The notes under the pieces are model-generated. The model was not told where the DNA came from. It did not search any database and saw only the letters and a program-made list of their open reading frames with translations. A stretch of DNA of 64,000 nt from Paracoccus sp. (in: a-proteobacteria) (GTDB lineage Bacteria > Pseudomonadota > Alphaproteobacteria > Rhodobacterales > Rhodobacteraceae). The stretch lies in contig JBKEBH010000302.1 of assembly GCA_047973065.1 (NCBI GenBank), forward strand, positions 567 to 64,566. The letters run 5' to 3'. The position numbers were made by a program, and so were the translations under genes. Below, in pieces: positions 62,615 to 64,000 of this stretch (position 1 is its first letter; every line of letters begins with the position of its first letter).

Positions 62615-63878
62615 CGAGGATCTGCTGAGGGCGCTGTTCGCCCGTGCGGTCGAGGTGGCCGATCCGATGCGCTTCATCGCCGCCAACCTGCCGCTGCGCC
62701 CCAAAGGCCGGGTGCTGGTGATCGGTGCCGGCAAGGCCTCGGCGCGGATGGCGGAAGCCGTTGAAGCGGCCTGGGGGCCCTGCGAGGGGCTGGTGATTAC
62801 CCGCTACGGCTATGGCCGCCCGACGAGAGGGATCGAGATTGCCCTGGCGGCCCATCCGGTTCCCGATCAGGCCGGGGTCGATGCGACCGGGCGGATGCTG
62901 GGCCTGCTGTCCGGGCTCGGTCCTGACGATCTGGTGCTGGCGCTGATTTCGGGCGGGGCCTCGGCGCTGATGTGCGCACCTGCGGGCGAGATGAGCCTGG
63001 CCGAGAAGCAGGCGGTCAATGCCGCGCTTCTGGCTTCGGGCGCGCCGATCGGGCAGATGAATACGCTGCGCAAGCATCTGAGCCGGGTCAAGGGCGGTCA
63101 GCTGGCCGCCGCCGCCGCTCCGGCCCGCATGCTGGCGCTGATGATTTCCGATGTGCCGGGCGACGATCCGGCGATGATCGGCTCGGGGCCGACAGTCGGG
63201 GATCTTTCGACAGTGGCGGATGCGTTGGCGATCGTGAACCGCTGGGGGATCGATCTGCCCGAAACGGCCCGCGCCGCTCTGGTGCGCGCAACCGGGGTGA
63301 TCGCGCCGACTGATGCGCGGCTGGCGCGGGTCGAGAACCGGGTGGTGGCCGCGCCGGCGCAATCGCTGGCGGCTGCGGCGGAGCAGGCGGATCGGCTGGG
63401 ATATGCGAGCCTGATCCTCGGCGACGATCTGGACGGCGAGGCGTGCGAGGTCGCGGCGGATCATGCCGCGCTGGCGCTGAAGATGCAGGCCGAGCTTGGG
63501 CCCGGCGATGCGCCGCTGCTGATCCTTTCGGGGGGCGAGCTGACCGTGACCCGGCGCGGGGACGGGGTTGGCGGGCCGAATGCCGAATATGCGCTGGCGC
63601 TGGCACTGGCGCTGAACGGCGCGCTGGGTATCCACGCCATTGCCTGCGATACCGACGGGGTGGATGGCGCCGCCGAGGTGGCGGGCGCGGTGATTGAGCC
63701 GGATACACTGGTCCGCGCGGCCTTGGCCGGCGTTGCCCCGGTGACGGCGCTGGCGGGCAACGATGCGCATAGCTTCTTTGCGGCGCTCGGTGATCAGGTG
63801 GTGACGGGCCCGACCCTGACCAATGTGAACGATTTCCGTGCCATCCTCATTCGCCCGGTATCGTCTTTGAAAGCGTAG
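62607..63878 (+). CDS. ttuD: Glycerate 2-kinase (TtuD/MOFRL family)
   Basis: GAGKA, AHPVPD, ISGGASAL, SDVPGDD, DTDGVDG and TGPTLTNVNDFR. Confidence 0.9.
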   Translation: MTDEDLLRALFARAVEVADPMRFIAANLPLRPKGRVLVIGAGKASARMAEAVEAAWGPCEGLVITRYGYGRPTRGIEIALAAHPVPDQAGVDATGRMLGLLSGLGPDDLVLALISGGASALMCAPAGEMSLAEKQAVNAALLASGAPIGQMNTLRKHLSRVKGGQLAAAAAPARMLALMISDVPGDDPAMIGSGPTVGDLSTVADALAIVNRWGIDLPETARAALVRATGVIAPTDARLARVENRVVAAPAQSLAAAAEQADRLGYASLILGDDLDGEACEVAADHAALALKMQAELGPGDAPLLILSGGELTVTRRGDGVGGPNAEYALALALALNGALGIHAIACDTDGVDGAAEVAGAVIEPDTLVRAALAGVAPVTALAGNDAHSFFAALGDQVVTGPTLTNVNDFRAILIRPVSSLKA

Positions 63879-63893
63879 CGATATAATGGCTAT

Positions 63894-64000
63894 TGGACTT
63901 GTCTCGGAAAAGTGCCGGTTTCTTGAGAGCATGAGAGCGATCAAGGAGACGGACAATGACGAACAAACCGACAGCAGAATTCAAGCGTGAGGCGGTGCGG
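63894..64000 (+). mobile_element. IS3-family insertion sequence, left end (IRL plus start of orfA at 63956)
   Basis: Begins with TG (TGGACTTGTCTCGGAAAAGT). AAGGAG RBS then MTNKPTAEFKREAVR, a typical IS3 OrfA HTH start. Truncated by the window edge. Confidence 0.75.

Overview
High-GC alphaproteobacterial DNA, most likely Rhodobacteraceae and Paracoccus-like, judging from the narR / fused narK1K2 / narGHJI layout. From left to right: (1) 1-6747, minus strand: an unusual molybdoenzyme operon. It encodes a small secreted protein, a secreted Met-rich (Gly-Met-X)n repeat protein, a membrane-anchored cytochrome c2-pentaheme fusion, a Tat-exported DmsA-like subunit whose FS0 motif has His in place of the third Cys, DmsB, a TorD/DmsD chaperone and a ferredoxin missed by the ORF track. 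An Mrp/ApbC Fe-S carrier gene is divergent from it. (2) Glycogen operon glgP-B-C-A-X-pgm with a divergent GH13 alpha-glucosidase. (3) Respiratory nitrate reductase cluster with two perfect FNR boxes and two Crp/Fnr regulators. (4) ilvE, a GFA-family gene, alpha-2-macroglobulin/pbpC, a class III alcohol/formaldehyde dehydrogenase and a GNAT. (5) A decayed junction containing an IS5-like remnant, a surface-protein C-terminal fragment and a tctA pseudogene. (6) A 15-gene LacI-linked sugar catabolic operon (afr-like reductase to glycerate kinase). (7) The left end of an IS3 element. The best candidate for an undescribed system is region 1: a possible periplasmic Met-rich oxidant or metal sink coupled to a cytochrome-wired DmsA-type enzyme. 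All family calls come from motif recognition; no searches were run.
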